Below the pieces are notes generated by a model. The model was not told the origin of the DNA. It made no database searches and was given only the letters and a program-made list of their open reading frames with translations. Shown here piece by piece: positions 51,169 through 60,922 of a stretch of 64,000 nucleotides of DNA. The DNA comes from Phycisphaerae bacterium (lineage in GTDB: Bacteria; Planctomycetota; Phycisphaerae; UBA1845; Fen-1342), in assembly GCA_963666925.2 (NCBI GenBank), contig CAXXTC010000007.1, forward strand, positions 32,001 to 96,000, given 5' to 3'. Positions within the stretch are counted from its first letter, which is position 1, and each line of letters starts with the position of its first letter. Position numbers and translations under genes: made by a program.

Positions 51169-53567
51169 GGGTTGCTCCCGGGGCTGCGTGGTCGGCCGGT
51201 GTACTCGATAGGCAGGCGGACGCGCAGCAAGGTCAGGCCATCGCTGGCAGTGAGGGGGACGTCGCCGCGCATGAGCGTGGCGGGGCCGGGCTGGTGAGCC
51301 CAGCAGAGCAGGACAGCCTGGCCGGTCTGTGAGCCGCCGAGCAGCCAGTGGGTGATGTCCATTTCGGGCAGGCCGTCGGTGGTGATCTCGCGAGCGGCGG
51401 AGTCGTAATCGCTGGTGGTGCAGTGGAGGAAGAAGTTGCGGGTGGAGGCCAGGAGCAGGGCACGGATATCAGGACTCAGGGCGCGGAAAATGGTGGGGCG
51501 GAGGGTCAGGCCGGCCCATTCGTGTTGCATATCGTGGAGCGTGGAGAGGTCGGGCATGTCGCGGCGTTTGCCCTTCCTGGCGCGCCACTGATCCTGCTCG
51601 CGGCGGATGCGCTGGTATTGGGCGGTGCCGATGTTGATGGCGCGCTGACCGGTATCGATGCCGGGCAGATTGAGGGCCAGTATGTTGACGGCTGGTGGTA
51701 CGCGAGCGGGTTCGTCGGGCTGGTCGTAGAGGGTGTTGAGGTTGACAGCGCGCGCGGGGACGCCGACCTGTTCGTGACGCGGGTCGATGAAGAGCAGGAT
51801 GCCGCCCGCAAGGTTGAGCCCGGTGTCGTTGATCAGCCAGCTATCGGGGGTGAGCTGCCCGGTGGCGCGGTCGGCGATGAGTCGGCCGCGGATGGTCCCG
51901 TCGAGCTGGCCTTGCCAGTAGCTCTCGAATTGTTTGAGCGTGGCGCGCATGAGGACATCGTCGAGTTGTGCGCGAGGTGCGTCGGCGCTATAGCGTGCTG
52001 GGGTGAGGTAATAGTTCTTGCGAATGGGGTTGCGCGCCAGGGGGCGGAGGAAGCTGCCGTCGTCGGGCAGGGTAAGCTCGACCCGGCGGCGGATGGGGCT
52101 GGCATAGCCAAAGAGCACCGGCCCGCGGGCCTGCACCGAAGTGGCGCGCAGATCGAGAATGCTGAGCGTCTGTACGCCGCGAGAGAACAACGTGCGCATA
52201 CCGCTGACGGTGAACAGGCTAAAAGCGCTGGCGACGACGGCGAAAACGGCGAAGACAGTCCAGGAGAGCTGGGTCTGGTTACGCCGCCGAAGCCACCACC
52301 AGGTTCCGACGGTGGCGGCTGCGATATAGGCGGCGACGAAGAGAAAGGCGGTGAGGCTGCCGACGGCGGACGTCCGGCGGAACGAAATGGGCTGCACGAC
52401 ATCGTCGTACAAGTTATCCGGCAAGAAGATGCCGCTGAGCTTGTTGAGCTCGTTCTCCTTGAACCTGCTGGTGAGGCGGTTGAGGTCGAGCAGGTCGGTG
52501 AAGAAGCGTTCCTTATTGATCAGAACGGGCTCGCCCGAGCTTTCGGGCGCCTGTGGTTCGTGCAGCCGGAGTGTGAGCAGCTCGCGGATGCTGGCGGCCG
52601 AAGCGCTGACGCGTCCGGAATCGACGGTGTGAAGGGCGAGCAGATTGATGGTCGCGTTGCCCGGGCCGTATTCGCCCATGATGCGCAGGGCGCCGGGGGT
52701 GAGCTGGGCGGTCGTGGCGGGCAGCGGACGGGCGAGCTTGCGGGCGGACGCCCCGCGTTCGCCATAGCGGCCGAGGAAGAGGCTGACGCGGTCGAGCTCG
52801 ACAGTCGGGCCGGCGCCGCTGAGTGGCAGCAGGGGGGCCAGTTCACAGGCGGCGAGTTGTGGCCAGTTGGCGCCGACGCCGACGATGAGTTGGCCACCGT
52901 TGCGCACCCACGCGACCAGCGCGTCGCGCTGGGCGATACTGAGCTGGTTTGGCTGGGGCAGGTCCCAGAAGATGACATCGACGGACTCGAGCCCCCACCA
53001 GCGGTCGGGCAGGTTGGCGGCGGCGAGGGTGGAGACGACGACGTTACGGTAGTAGGGTCGCACGCCGTTGCCGCGATCGCCGGGGTTCCAGGGTGCGGTG
53101 ATGAGGTTGCGCAGTCCGGGGATGCCCTGGTCGCTGATGTCTAGGACGAGCAGGTCGTCGTTGTTGATCATCTCGCAGGGTTGGGCGGGCATGGGCAGGC
53201 GCGCGATGAGTATGCCGGCATCGCTGACTACGTCGACGTGCTCGGGGACTTCGAGGATGTCGTTGACCTGGGCGTAGCACCAGATTTCCTTACTGGCGAC
53301 GCCGGGGGCGACCGTGGCGCGGGGCTGGGTGAAAGCGACGCGATCACCGTCGAGGTCGAGGCACTCGACGCGGAGAGAGCCGGAGAAAACGTCGCTGCCC
53401 TGGGGCGTGAGCTTGACGCGGATGGGTAGCCACTGTCCGCCCTTGAAGATGGTGCTGCCACCGGCGGCGAAACCGGCGGCGACAACCTCGCCGTCGACGA
53501 CCTGGGCCTGGGCGACGGTCGTGGCAACGATCAGGAGCGCCAGAATTGACAGGCGACGGGCGGCCAT
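51165..53567 (-). CDS. Exported/membrane protein associated with the ABC ATPase (glutamine-amidotransferase-like region plus two TMs)
   Basis: GAGGAG RBS, signal peptide, LPDRWWGLESVDVIFW...WVRNGGQLIV, central TM pair; GTGA overlap with the ATPase. Confidence 0.7.
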   Translation of the reverse strand: MAARRLSILALLIVATTVAQAQVVDGEVVAAGFAAGGSTIFKGGQWLPIRVKLTPQGSDVFSGSLRVECLDLDGDRVAFTQPRATVAPGVASKEIWCYAQVNDILEVPEHVDVVSDAGILIARLPMPAQPCEMINNDDLLVLDISDQGIPGLRNLITAPWNPGDRGNGVRPYYRNVVVSTLAAANLPDRWWGLESVDVIFWDLPQPNQLSIAQRDALVAWVRNGGQLIVGVGANWPQLAACELAPLLPLSGAGPTVELDRVSLFLGRYGERGASARKLARPLPATTAQLTPGALRIMGEYGPGNATINLLALHTVDSGRVSASAASIRELLTLRLHEPQAPESSGEPVLINKERFFTDLLDLNRLTSRFKENELNKLSGIFLPDNLYDDVVQPISFRRTSAVGSLTAFLFVAAYIAAATVGTWWWLRRRNQTQLSWTVFAVFAVVASAFSLFTVSGMRTLFSRGVQTLSILDLRATSVQARGPVLFGYASPIRRRVELTLPDDGSFLRPLARNPIRKNYYLTPARYSADAPRAQLDDVLMRATLKQFESYWQGQLDGTIRGRLIADRATGQLTPDSWLINDTGLNLAGGILLFIDPRHEQVGVPARAVNLNTLYDQPDEPARVPPAVNILALNLPGIDTGQRAINIGTAQYQRIRREQDQWRARKGKRRDMPDLSTLHDMQHEWAGLTLRPTIFRALSPDIRALLLASTRNFFLHCTTSDYDSAAREITTDGLPEMDITHWLLGGSQTGQAVLLCWAHQPGPATLMRGDVPLTASDGLTLLRVRLPIEYTGRPRSPGSNP

Positions 53568-53729
53568 AACTCCTCGCATCAGGGGATACGTGACCCCGCG
53601 GTTCGTGTTCGTGCAATCCCGTGTGGCGGGCGGCCGACGGCCCTCCTGCTACAGAATACTCGGGAAATGGGGCAGTGGGTACGGGCCGGAGCTGGTGAAA
53701 ACAGGGTAGAAGTTATCACGGAAGCTAGC

Positions 53730-53758
53730 TTGACGTGAATCGGCCAGGGTGGCAAAAT
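53730..53758 (+). promoter_or_regulatory. Sigma70-like promoter
   Basis: TTGACG-17 nt-CAAAAT. Confidence 0.55.
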
Positions 53759-53821
53759 AAGTAATTCGTTCTGAGCGGGGAAGTCCCGCGCGATGATCAA
53801 CTGGCAGAGGCAACTGATTCC

Positions 53822-53893
53822 ATGAAAATTCGGCCAATTATGGACATTACGCTGGTCTATCCGGCCGGGCCGGAGTTGCCTCCGCCGCGTTAA
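53822..53893 (+). CDS. Putative 23-aa leader peptide MKIRPIMDITLVYPAGPELPPPR
   Basis: Translated by hand; AGAGG at 53806-10 upstream; lies between the promoter and the terminator. Confidence 0.4.
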   Translation: MKIRPIMDITLVYPAGPELPPPR

Positions 53894-53917
53894 GAACGTG
53901 ACGCAACGTGGAGTTTC

Positions 53918-53951
53918 AACCCCGGCACCGCAAGGACGCCGGGGTTTTTTT
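53918..53951 (+). terminator. Intrinsic terminator upstream of the MATE gene
   Basis: AACCCCGGC-loop-GCCGGGGTT followed by a T tract. Confidence 0.8.
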
Positions 53952-53989
53952 GTTGTCCCCCCCGGCGGCAGTACACCATTCGCTGAGGA

Positions 53990-55489
53990 ATGATCGTGTC
54001 ACCCAGAGCACCGCGAACCGCAGACCTCCAATCGACCGGCAGCCTGACGGCGCAATTGCTCCGTCTGGCGGCGCCGCTGGTCGTGATGATGGTCTCGCGC
54101 ATGGCGATGACCTTCGTCGACGTGCTGATGGTGGCCCGGTTGGGGACCGAAGCACTGGCCGCGATCTCGCCGGCAGCGCTGTTCGTTATGGTGCTGGGGT
54201 GTCTGGGGGTCGGAGTCGCGCAGGGCGTGCAGACCTATGCGGCCCAGTCCGACGGGCGCGGCGAGTCGCGCGTTGCCGGCGCGTACGCCTGGCAGGGTTT
54301 CTACATCGCCGTGTTGTTCGCGGCGATGGTTCTGGTGGTTGCCCCGACGACGCCGACGTGGTTCGGGTGGGTGGCGCAGCTCGGCGGTCATAGCCCCGCG
54401 GTGACGGCGGCGGAAGTAGCCTACATCCGCATCGCGCTGTGGTCGATCCCGCTTTCGATCGCAACTATCAGCCTGAACGCCTTCTTCACCGGGCTCCAGC
54501 GTCCATGGATTACCGCCGTCGCCGTGATCGTCTCGCTGGCGGCGAATATCCTGGGCAACTGGATCATGATTTTCGGGCATCTCGGATGTCCGGCCCTGGG
54601 GATTGCCGGGGCGGCCTACTCGACCGTGATCGCGTGGGTCATCCGGTTGATCATCCTGCTGGTGACGTTTCTGCTGCCGCGGTTTGACCAGGCCTACGCG
54701 ACGCGCAGCTCGTACGCGCTGAGCCGAAAGAAGCTCCAGCGGCTGGTCTGGGTCGGCGGCCCGACGGCCGTGCAGTGGCTGTTCGACATCGGGTCGTGGG
54801 CGCTGTTCATGGTGTTGATCGTGCCGGCCTACGGAACGGCGGCGATGGCGGCGACCAACGTCGGTATGCAACTCATGCACCTGTCGTTCATGCCGGCGAT
54901 GGGCATCGGGATGGCACTCTGTTCGCAGGTCGGGTTTGCGATCGGCGAGGGTCGGCCGGAGAACGCCATGCAGCGAGTGCGGGTGGCGGTGCGGTTGACG
55001 GCTACGTACATGGGACTTATCGGGCTGCTGTTCTGGCTGGCGCCGGAGCCGCTGCTGGGGCTGTTCAGTGCGCAGCCGGAGGTCACGCAGGCTGGTCGGC
55101 TGGTGCTGATCTGGGCGGCGGTGTTCCAGGTGTTCGACGCGCTGGCGATCACCTACGTCAACGCCCTGCGCGGTGCGGGCGACACGCGCTGGCCGGCGGC
55201 CGTGCTGACGGTACTGTGCTGGGTGGTGTTCATCGGTGGCGGGCTGGCGATGGCGTATTGGGCGCCGGGCCTGGGTCTGAGCGGGCCGTGGGCCTGCTGT
55301 GCGCTGTATGTCATATTGCTGGGGCTCGTGCTGGCGTGGCGCTGGCGTGGTGGCCGGTGGCGTGAATTGCGGCTCTTCGCCGAAGAGGACGAAGCACGCG
55401 CTGCGGACGCGCCGGCGACCGGCGAAAACGCCGGAGACGAAACCACCGCCGCGGAGCCGCTGCCGGCCACCGCTACCAGCGAGCCATAG
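53990..55489 (+). CDS. MATE family efflux transporter
   Basis: About 12 TMs; VDVLMVARLG, FGHLGCPALGIAGAAYST, ALRGAGDTR. Confidence 0.93.
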   Translation: MIVSPRAPRTADLQSTGSLTAQLLRLAAPLVVMMVSRMAMTFVDVLMVARLGTEALAAISPAALFVMVLGCLGVGVAQGVQTYAAQSDGRGESRVAGAYAWQGFYIAVLFAAMVLVVAPTTPTWFGWVAQLGGHSPAVTAAEVAYIRIALWSIPLSIATISLNAFFTGLQRPWITAVAVIVSLAANILGNWIMIFGHLGCPALGIAGAAYSTVIAWVIRLIILLVTFLLPRFDQAYATRSSYALSRKKLQRLVWVGGPTAVQWLFDIGSWALFMVLIVPAYGTAAMAATNVGMQLMHLSFMPAMGIGMALCSQVGFAIGEGRPENAMQRVRVAVRLTATYMGLIGLLFWLAPEPLLGLFSAQPEVTQAGRLVLIWAAVFQVFDALAITYVNALRGAGDTRWPAAVLTVLCWVVFIGGGLAMAYWAPGLGLSGPWACCALYVILLGLVLAWRWRGGRWRELRLFAEEDEARAADAPATGENAGDETTAAEPLPATATSEP

Positions 55490-55603
55490 TCGGCCGCGAC
55501 GTCCGACCGGGCTGACCGGCCGCCGCGGTGGTCAGAGCGGTCCGCTCCAAGTATTCTTTGACGTTTTGCAGACCGATTACCGTCTGCGGCTGCGGAGATA
55601 GCG

Positions 55604-58600
55604 ATGTTCGAACCTTTGCCGAGCCGTTTTGACTTCCCGGAATCCGAAGAGGGAATCCTGCGATTCTGGGAGCAGAACCAGATTTTCGAGAAATCACTCG
55701 AGGCCCGCCGCGAGGCGCCGCGCTTCGTTTTCTACGAGGGCCCGCCGACCGCCAACGGTCTGCCCCACCCGGGCCACTGCCTCACCCGGGCCATCAAAGA
55801 CCTCTTCCCACGCTACCAGACCATGTGCGGCAAACTGGTCGAGCGCAAGGCCGGCTGGGATACCCACGGCCTGCCGGTCGAGGTCGAGGTGTGCAAAGAG
55901 CTTGGCATCCATACCAAGGAGGAGATCGAGCAGTTCGGCGTCGAGAAATTCGTCCGGCGGTGCATCGACTCGGTCTTCAAATACGTCCGCGAATGGGAGC
56001 AGATGACGCGGCGGCTGGGGTTCTGGGTGAACCTCGAAGAGGCCTACGTCACGTTTCACCAGAGCTATGTCGAGAGCGTCTGGTGGGGGCTGAAAACGCT
56101 GTTCGAACGCGAGTTGCTCTACCAGGGGCACAAGGTCGTCTGGTGGTGGGCGCAGGGCGGGACGGCCCTGTCAGCCGGCGAGGTCGGCGAAGGCTATCGG
56201 ACCGTCCAGGATCCGTCGGTGTATGTGAGATTTCCGCTGGTGAAAGAGTCGGCGCAGCGCGTGGCAGAGCAGATCGCCGGCGTCGAGGCCGACAAGCCGA
56301 TCAGCCTGCTGGTCTGGACCACCACGCCCTGGACGCTGATCAGCAACCACTTTGCGGCCGTTGGGCCGGACATCTCGTATGCGCTGGTGTACGACAAGGT
56401 GCTCGGTGAATACCTCTACATCGCCGAAGCGCTCGTCGACACGACCATGCAGAAGCTGAAGCATGAGTATGAGACTGTCGGCGTCTGCAAGGGTGAGGAC
56501 CTGGTTGACCTGCGTTATGTGCCGCCGTTTCCGGATGTGTATTGGAAGAAACTTGGCGAGCAGACGGCAGCACTGAAGGATGGTGGGGCCGAGCGGCTCG
56601 GCTGGCGCGTCACGCTGGCAGATTTTGTGACGTTGGAGAGTGGCACGGGGTTGGTGCACGAGGCCCCCGCCTATGGCGAGGTGGACTTTGATCTGCTCCA
56701 GACGGAGCGGAAGCGTTTCACTGACGAGCTGAACAGCATTCCGCTGATCAACGCGGTGGGGCCGGACGGGAAGTTTACCGACGAGGCGCCGGAGGAGTAT
56801 CGCGGGCGCTGGGTGAAGGATTGCGACAAGGACATCATCCGCGAGCTGAAAGAACGCGGCGTGTTGCTGCACCAGGAGACGATCGAGCACGAGTATCCCT
56901 TCTGCCCGCGGGCAGAGGAAGATCCGCTGATCCAGTATGCTCGGCGGAGCTGGTTCGTGCGGACCAGCCAGTTCAAGGACGAGTTCCTGAAGAACAACGC
57001 CGGCATTTATTGGCTGCCGGATCACATCCGCGAGGGGCGGTTCGGCGATTTTCTGCGGAACAATGTGGATTGGGCGCTGAGCCGCGAGCGGTTCTGGGGC
57101 ACGCCGCTGCCGATCTGGAAGTGCGATCGTTGCGGGCGGATGGAGGCGGTCGGCTCGTTGGCGGAGCTGAAGGCCAAGCCGGGTGCGTCGGACGCGACCG
57201 CCGAGTATCCGCAGGGCATGTGGGCGACCAGGAAGGGCGACGATCCGGAATTGCCGGATCATCTGATGGTGCACAAGCCGTATATCGACGCGTGGACATA
57301 CCCGGCATCGTGTTGCGATGGGGCGCGGATGGTGCGTGTGCCGGAGGTGATCGACTGTTGGTGGGACGCGGGCAGCATGCCATTCGCGCAGTTCGGGTTC
57401 CCGCATGTGCCCGGCAGTTGTGACCGCTTCGGCCTGAGATTCCCGGCCCATTTCATCAGCGAAGCGCTCGACCAGACGCGCGGCTGGTTCTACGGACTGC
57501 TGGCGATCAGCACGTTGCTGTTCGGTCGAGAGAATACGTCGATCGATGTTCCTGGGGGAAGTGGGGCGGGCGTCTCGCCCGCCGTCGATCGAGCACCGGA
57601 ATTCTCTCCCTTCGAGGTGCGCGACGCGCTACACATCCGTTATCGGCGCAGGCTTCCCCACTGGGAAGCCGGTGGTCGCACCTACTTCGTCACTTTCCGC
57701 ATCAAGTCCGGAGAGTTATCACCGACAGAGCGAACGCTCGTGTTGGAGGCATGCCGGCACTGGGACGAAGATCGCCTGCTGTTACACGCAGTGGTTGTGA
57801 TGCCTGACCACGTGCACCTGCTAGTTACTCCTTTAATGAAGTCGTCGGGAGAATGGTGGGCATTGTCCGAACTCATGCACGGCATCAAGTCGTTTTCGGC
57901 TCACGGTATCGCCGAATCCCGAGGTGAGACCGGCCCAGTTTGGCAGGACGACCGTTTCGACCACATCATCCGCAGCCAGGAAGAGTTTGAGGAGAAGGCG
58001 GATTACATCGCTGGCAATCCTCAGGCGCGCGCCCTCGGCGAGGATTACCAGTGGGTCTGGGTCGATGAAGAGGTCGGGGACGGCGGCAATGGCGGGCGAG
58101 ACGCCCGCCCCACTTCAATTGCGAGCGATTTTCCCCACCCCTACAAGGCCTGCATCGTTCTCGGCCTGATGATGGGCGAGGACGGGTTGAAGATGAGCAA
58201 GCGGAAGAAGAACTACCGCGAGCCGAGCGTACATCTTCGATGCAAGTACGGCGCCGATGCGATTGCGTTGGTTCTTCTTCAACGGGCAGACGCCGTGGAC
58301 TTCGGTGCGCTTCGAGGAGCAGAACATCCGCGACGCGCAGCGCGAGTTCCTCGTCCGGCTGTACAACGTCTTCAGCTTCTTCAACATCTACGCCCGAACA
58401 TCGACGGCTTCGTCGCGCATCCGCAGAACGGGTCGCCGATCGGCGGCCGACGGCGGAGCGGAACGAACTGGACCGCTGGATTATCAGCTGAGCTGCACCG
58501 CACGACGCAATTCGTCCGCGAGAAGCCTCGACCGGCTTCGAGAACTATCCCGGCCGCCGGGCGACTGAACGAATTCGTCGACGCGCTGTCGCAACTGGTA

Positions 58601-59695
58601 CGTCCGCCGGAGCCGCGATCGGTTCTGGAAGAGTGCGCCAAGGATCAGCCGACAAGTGGGACGCGTACCACACGCTCTTCGAGCGTGCTCGTCACGCTGA
58701 GCAAGCTGATCGCGCCGTTCACGCCGTTCTTCGCGGAGACGATGTACCAGAACCTGGTCGCGAAGCTGCCGGGTGTTGATACACAGCAGCGACCGACGAG
58801 CGGCGCCGACCACGCGCCGTACAAGGTTGCCGGCGACAGCAACTCGGCGGCGTCGAATCCCAACTGGGCATCGCAGTCGGTGCATTTGTGCGAATATCCG
58901 TCCGTCGACAGCGAACTCATTGATGAGAGCCTGGCGCAGGAGATGGAGCTTGTGCGGCAGGTGGTGTCGCTGGGGCGGTCGGCGCGGACGTCGGCGAAGC
59001 TGAAGGTGCGTCAGCCGCTGGCGCTGGTTGAGATCATCCTGGCCCGCCAGGATCACGCGGCCTGGCTGGAGGCGCACAGCGAGTTGATCGCCGAAGAGCT
59101 GAATATCAAGCAGGTTGAGTTCACGACCGAGGCGGACCATTACGTGACCTATCAGCTCAAGCCCGAGTTCAAGGCGTTGGGTCCGAAATTCGGCAAGCTG
59201 GCGCCCCAGGTGGCGGCGGCCGTGCAGAAGCTGGATGCGGCCGAGGCCCGGGCAGCGCTGGATGCGACCGGCGAGGTGATCGTCGAGGTCGAGGGTCAGC
59301 CGACCCGGCTCAGCGATCAGGAGGTGCAAGTTCGGCTGGAGGCTCGGCCGGGGTGGTCGGCGGCCCAGGGGCGGGCCGGCGTGGTCGTCGTCAAAACCGA
59401 GCTGACGCCCGAGCTGGCGGCCGAGGGCCTCATCCGCGAACTGATCCACCACGTTCAGGGGTTGCGGAAACAAGCCGAATTGCCCTACGAGGCCCGTATA
59501 GTCCTGCACGTGGACACCGATCCAGAGTTGCAGGCGGTGGTTGAGCGGTTTGCGGACACGATCAGGCGTGAATGCCTGGCGGACGAGATCCGGCTCGCGC
59601 CGTCGGCGGCCGGGGGTAGCGCAGGAAGTGAAGGTCGAAAAAACACGCGGCTCGGCTGGCGATCGCGACGCAGGCGTGACGACGTGCTAGAATAG
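55604..59695 (+). CDS. ileS: Isoleucyl-tRNA synthetase (type 2-like) with an in-frame RAYT insertion; compensating frameshifts at ~58225-58680 and near the 3' end
   Basis: EGPPTANGLPHPGH (HIGH), GWDTHGLPVE, WTTTPWTL, DWALSRERFWGTPLP, EALDQTRGWFY, KMSKR. True IleRS segments (LRWFF...VRF, ELDRWIIS) appear in other frames. Confidence 0.95.
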   Translation: MFEPLPSRFDFPESEEGILRFWEQNQIFEKSLEARREAPRFVFYEGPPTANGLPHPGHCLTRAIKDLFPRYQTMCGKLVERKAGWDTHGLPVEVEVCKELGIHTKEEIEQFGVEKFVRRCIDSVFKYVREWEQMTRRLGFWVNLEEAYVTFHQSYVESVWWGLKTLFERELLYQGHKVVWWWAQGGTALSAGEVGEGYRTVQDPSVYVRFPLVKESAQRVAEQIAGVEADKPISLLVWTTTPWTLISNHFAAVGPDISYALVYDKVLGEYLYIAEALVDTTMQKLKHEYETVGVCKGEDLVDLRYVPPFPDVYWKKLGEQTAALKDGGAERLGWRVTLADFVTLESGTGLVHEAPAYGEVDFDLLQTERKRFTDELNSIPLINAVGPDGKFTDEAPEEYRGRWVKDCDKDIIRELKERGVLLHQETIEHEYPFCPRAEEDPLIQYARRSWFVRTSQFKDEFLKNNAGIYWLPDHIREGRFGDFLRNNVDWALSRERFWGTPLPIWKCDRCGRMEAVGSLAELKAKPGASDATAEYPQGMWATRKGDDPELPDHLMVHKPYIDAWTYPASCCDGARMVRVPEVIDCWWDAGSMPFAQFGFPHVPGSCDRFGLRFPAHFISEALDQTRGWFYGLLAISTLLFGRENTSIDVPGGSGAGVSPAVDRAPEFSPFEVRDALHIRYRRRLPHWEAGGRTYFVTFRIKSGELSPTERTLVLEACRHWDEDRLLLHAVVVMPDHVHLLVTPLMKSSGEWWALSELMHGIKSFSAHGIAESRGETGPVWQDDRFDHIIRSQEEFEEKADYIAGNPQARALGEDYQWVWVDEEVGDGGNGGRDARPTSIASDFPHPYKACIVLGLMMGEDGLKMSKRKKNYREPSVHLRCKYGADAIALVLLQRADAVDFGALRGAEHPRRAARVPRPAVQRLQLLQHLRPNIDGFVAHPQNGSPIGGRRRSGTNWTAGLSAELHRTTQFVREKPRPASRTIPAAGRLNEFVDALSQLVRPPEPRSVLEECAKDQPTSGTRTTRSSSVLVTLSKLIAPFTPFFAETMYQNLVAKLPGVDTQQRPTSGADHAPYKVAGDSNSAASNPNWASQSVHLCEYPSVDSELIDESLAQEMELVRQVVSLGRSARTSAKLKVRQPLALVEIILARQDHAAWLEAHSELIAEELNIKQVEFTTEADHYVTYQLKPEFKALGPKFGKLAPQVAAAVQKLDAAEARAALDATGEVIVEVEGQPTRLSDQEVQVRLEARPGWSAAQGRAGVVVVKTELTPELAAEGLIRELIHHVQGLRKQAELPYEARIVLHVDTDPELQAVVERFADTIRRECLADEIRLAPSAAGGSAGSEGRKNTRLGWRSRRRRDDVLE
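57558..58116 (+). mobile_element. REP-flanked RAYT (TnpA-REP, Y1 HUH transposase) module fused in frame within ileS
   Basis: RRRLPHW..TYFVTF, VVMPDHVHLL (HUH, 57809-17), IKSFSA, WQDDRFDHIIR, YIAGNP (Tyr, 58004-06). Perfect 26-bp inverted repeat at 57558-57583 and 58091-58116. Confidence 0.92.
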
Positions 59696-59723
59696 AAGAA
59701 TAGAGTTGTTTACTGGAATCGTG

Positions 59724-59773
59724 GTGTGGCACCGGCCATTGGCCGATGCACGGGCTATTAGCCCGTGCCACAC
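59724..59773. repeat. REP doublet (REPIN-like): two inverted GTGG-footed hairpins
   Basis: GTGTGGCACCGGCCATTGGCCGATG followed by CACGGGCTATTAGCCCGTGCCACAC. Confidence 0.75.
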
Positions 59774-59910
59774 TGCTTGGTCCGTGCGCGGGCCCGGTAC
59801 TGTGGAAAAATCTGTTGATAACTGCACTGAAACTCACTGAGTGGTGGCCAAACGCTCACAATCGTGGTTCATAATCCCTTTCGTGAGCTGGTGTTTATAG
59901 AGAGTTGGCT

Positions 59911-60855
59911 ATGTCACTGCTCGATTCTGAGATAGATCTTCAGCCACCTTCGGGCATGGATTGGACGGGGTCGCGCGGGGTCAAGATTGACATGCATTGT
60001 CACTCGACCTACTCGCTTGAGACGCTCAGCCTGCTGCCGACGTTGTCGTGGAACCCCGTGCTGACGCCGGGCGAGTTGTACGACCTCGCCAAGGCCCGCG
60101 GGATGGACTATGTCACGATAACTGATCACGACACTATCGACGGGTGTAAGGCGCTGGTTGACGAGCGGGGCGACTTGCCCGACTTCTTCTTCGGCGAGGA
60201 AGTGTCGGCCGCGCTGCCTGACAACGGCACCGTCGTGCACGTCAACGTGTTCGATATCAACGAGGAGCAGCACGCGGAAGTCCGCCGCCTGCGCTCAAAC
60301 CTGTTCGAGATGGTCGATTACCTGCGCCGGCTGGGCAAGGTTTGCTCGATCAATCACCTGACCTGGACCGAGCAGCATCGTGTGCTGACCTCAGCGCAGA
60401 TCGACGCGATTCTCCATGCGTTTGACGTCTTCGAAGGGATCAACGGCACACGCAGCTATGCCCACAACGCGTTCGTGTGGCAAGCGACTCGCGGGTGGGG
60501 CAAGACGCTCATCGCCGGCAGCGATACACACACCGATCGCGTCGGCTCAACCTATACGCTGACCAAGGGGCGCAATCGGCAGGAAGTGCTCGAAAACATC
60601 CGCGCCGGCCTGGCTACGCCGCACGGAGCTTTCGGCACGCCCGAGAAGCTGCGCGACGACGTTTGGGCGGTGTTGCAGTGCAACATCGAGCGGCGGATGG
60701 CCGAAGCCACCGGCCATTGGGAGCGGCTCGTGTGCCGAACACTTCGGCGGATCGGCAAAACGCTCCATCCGCTCGTCCTGCTGGGCTATCACAAGCACCA
60801 GGATGTGCTGATTCGGGGGTTCGTCCGTTCGCTGCCCACGCTGACGACTGCGTAA
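59911..60855 (+). CDS. PHP domain metal-dependent phosphoesterase
   Basis: DMHCHSTYS, TITDHDT, GEEVS, NH, EGING, GSDTH. Confidence 0.9.
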   Translation: MSLLDSEIDLQPPSGMDWTGSRGVKIDMHCHSTYSLETLSLLPTLSWNPVLTPGELYDLAKARGMDYVTITDHDTIDGCKALVDERGDLPDFFFGEEVSAALPDNGTVVHVNVFDINEEQHAEVRRLRSNLFEMVDYLRRLGKVCSINHLTWTEQHRVLTSAQIDAILHAFDVFEGINGTRSYAHNAFVWQATRGWGKTLIAGSDTHTDRVGSTYTLTKGRNRQEVLENIRAGLATPHGAFGTPEKLRDDVWAVLQCNIERRMAEATGHWERLVCRTLRRIGKTLHPLVLLGYHKHQDVLIRGFVRSLPTLTTA

Positions 60856-60922
60856 GGCAAGCCGTTATACGGGCTGGTGGTCCACGGAACGGGTGGGATG
60901 GGGTTACCCCCGTGCTGAAACT

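Noticed and set aside
57558..58116. IS200/IS605 element with TnpB
   Set aside because: No tnpB; the motifs (RRLPHW, WQ...DHIIR, YI..NP) and GTGG-footed palindromes fit RAYT/REP instead.
57520..58140. Intein explanation for the ileS insertion
   Set aside because: No Hint-like blocks and no terminal His-Asn followed by Cys/Ser/Thr; the insert is accounted for by the RAYT domain, REPs and short linkers.
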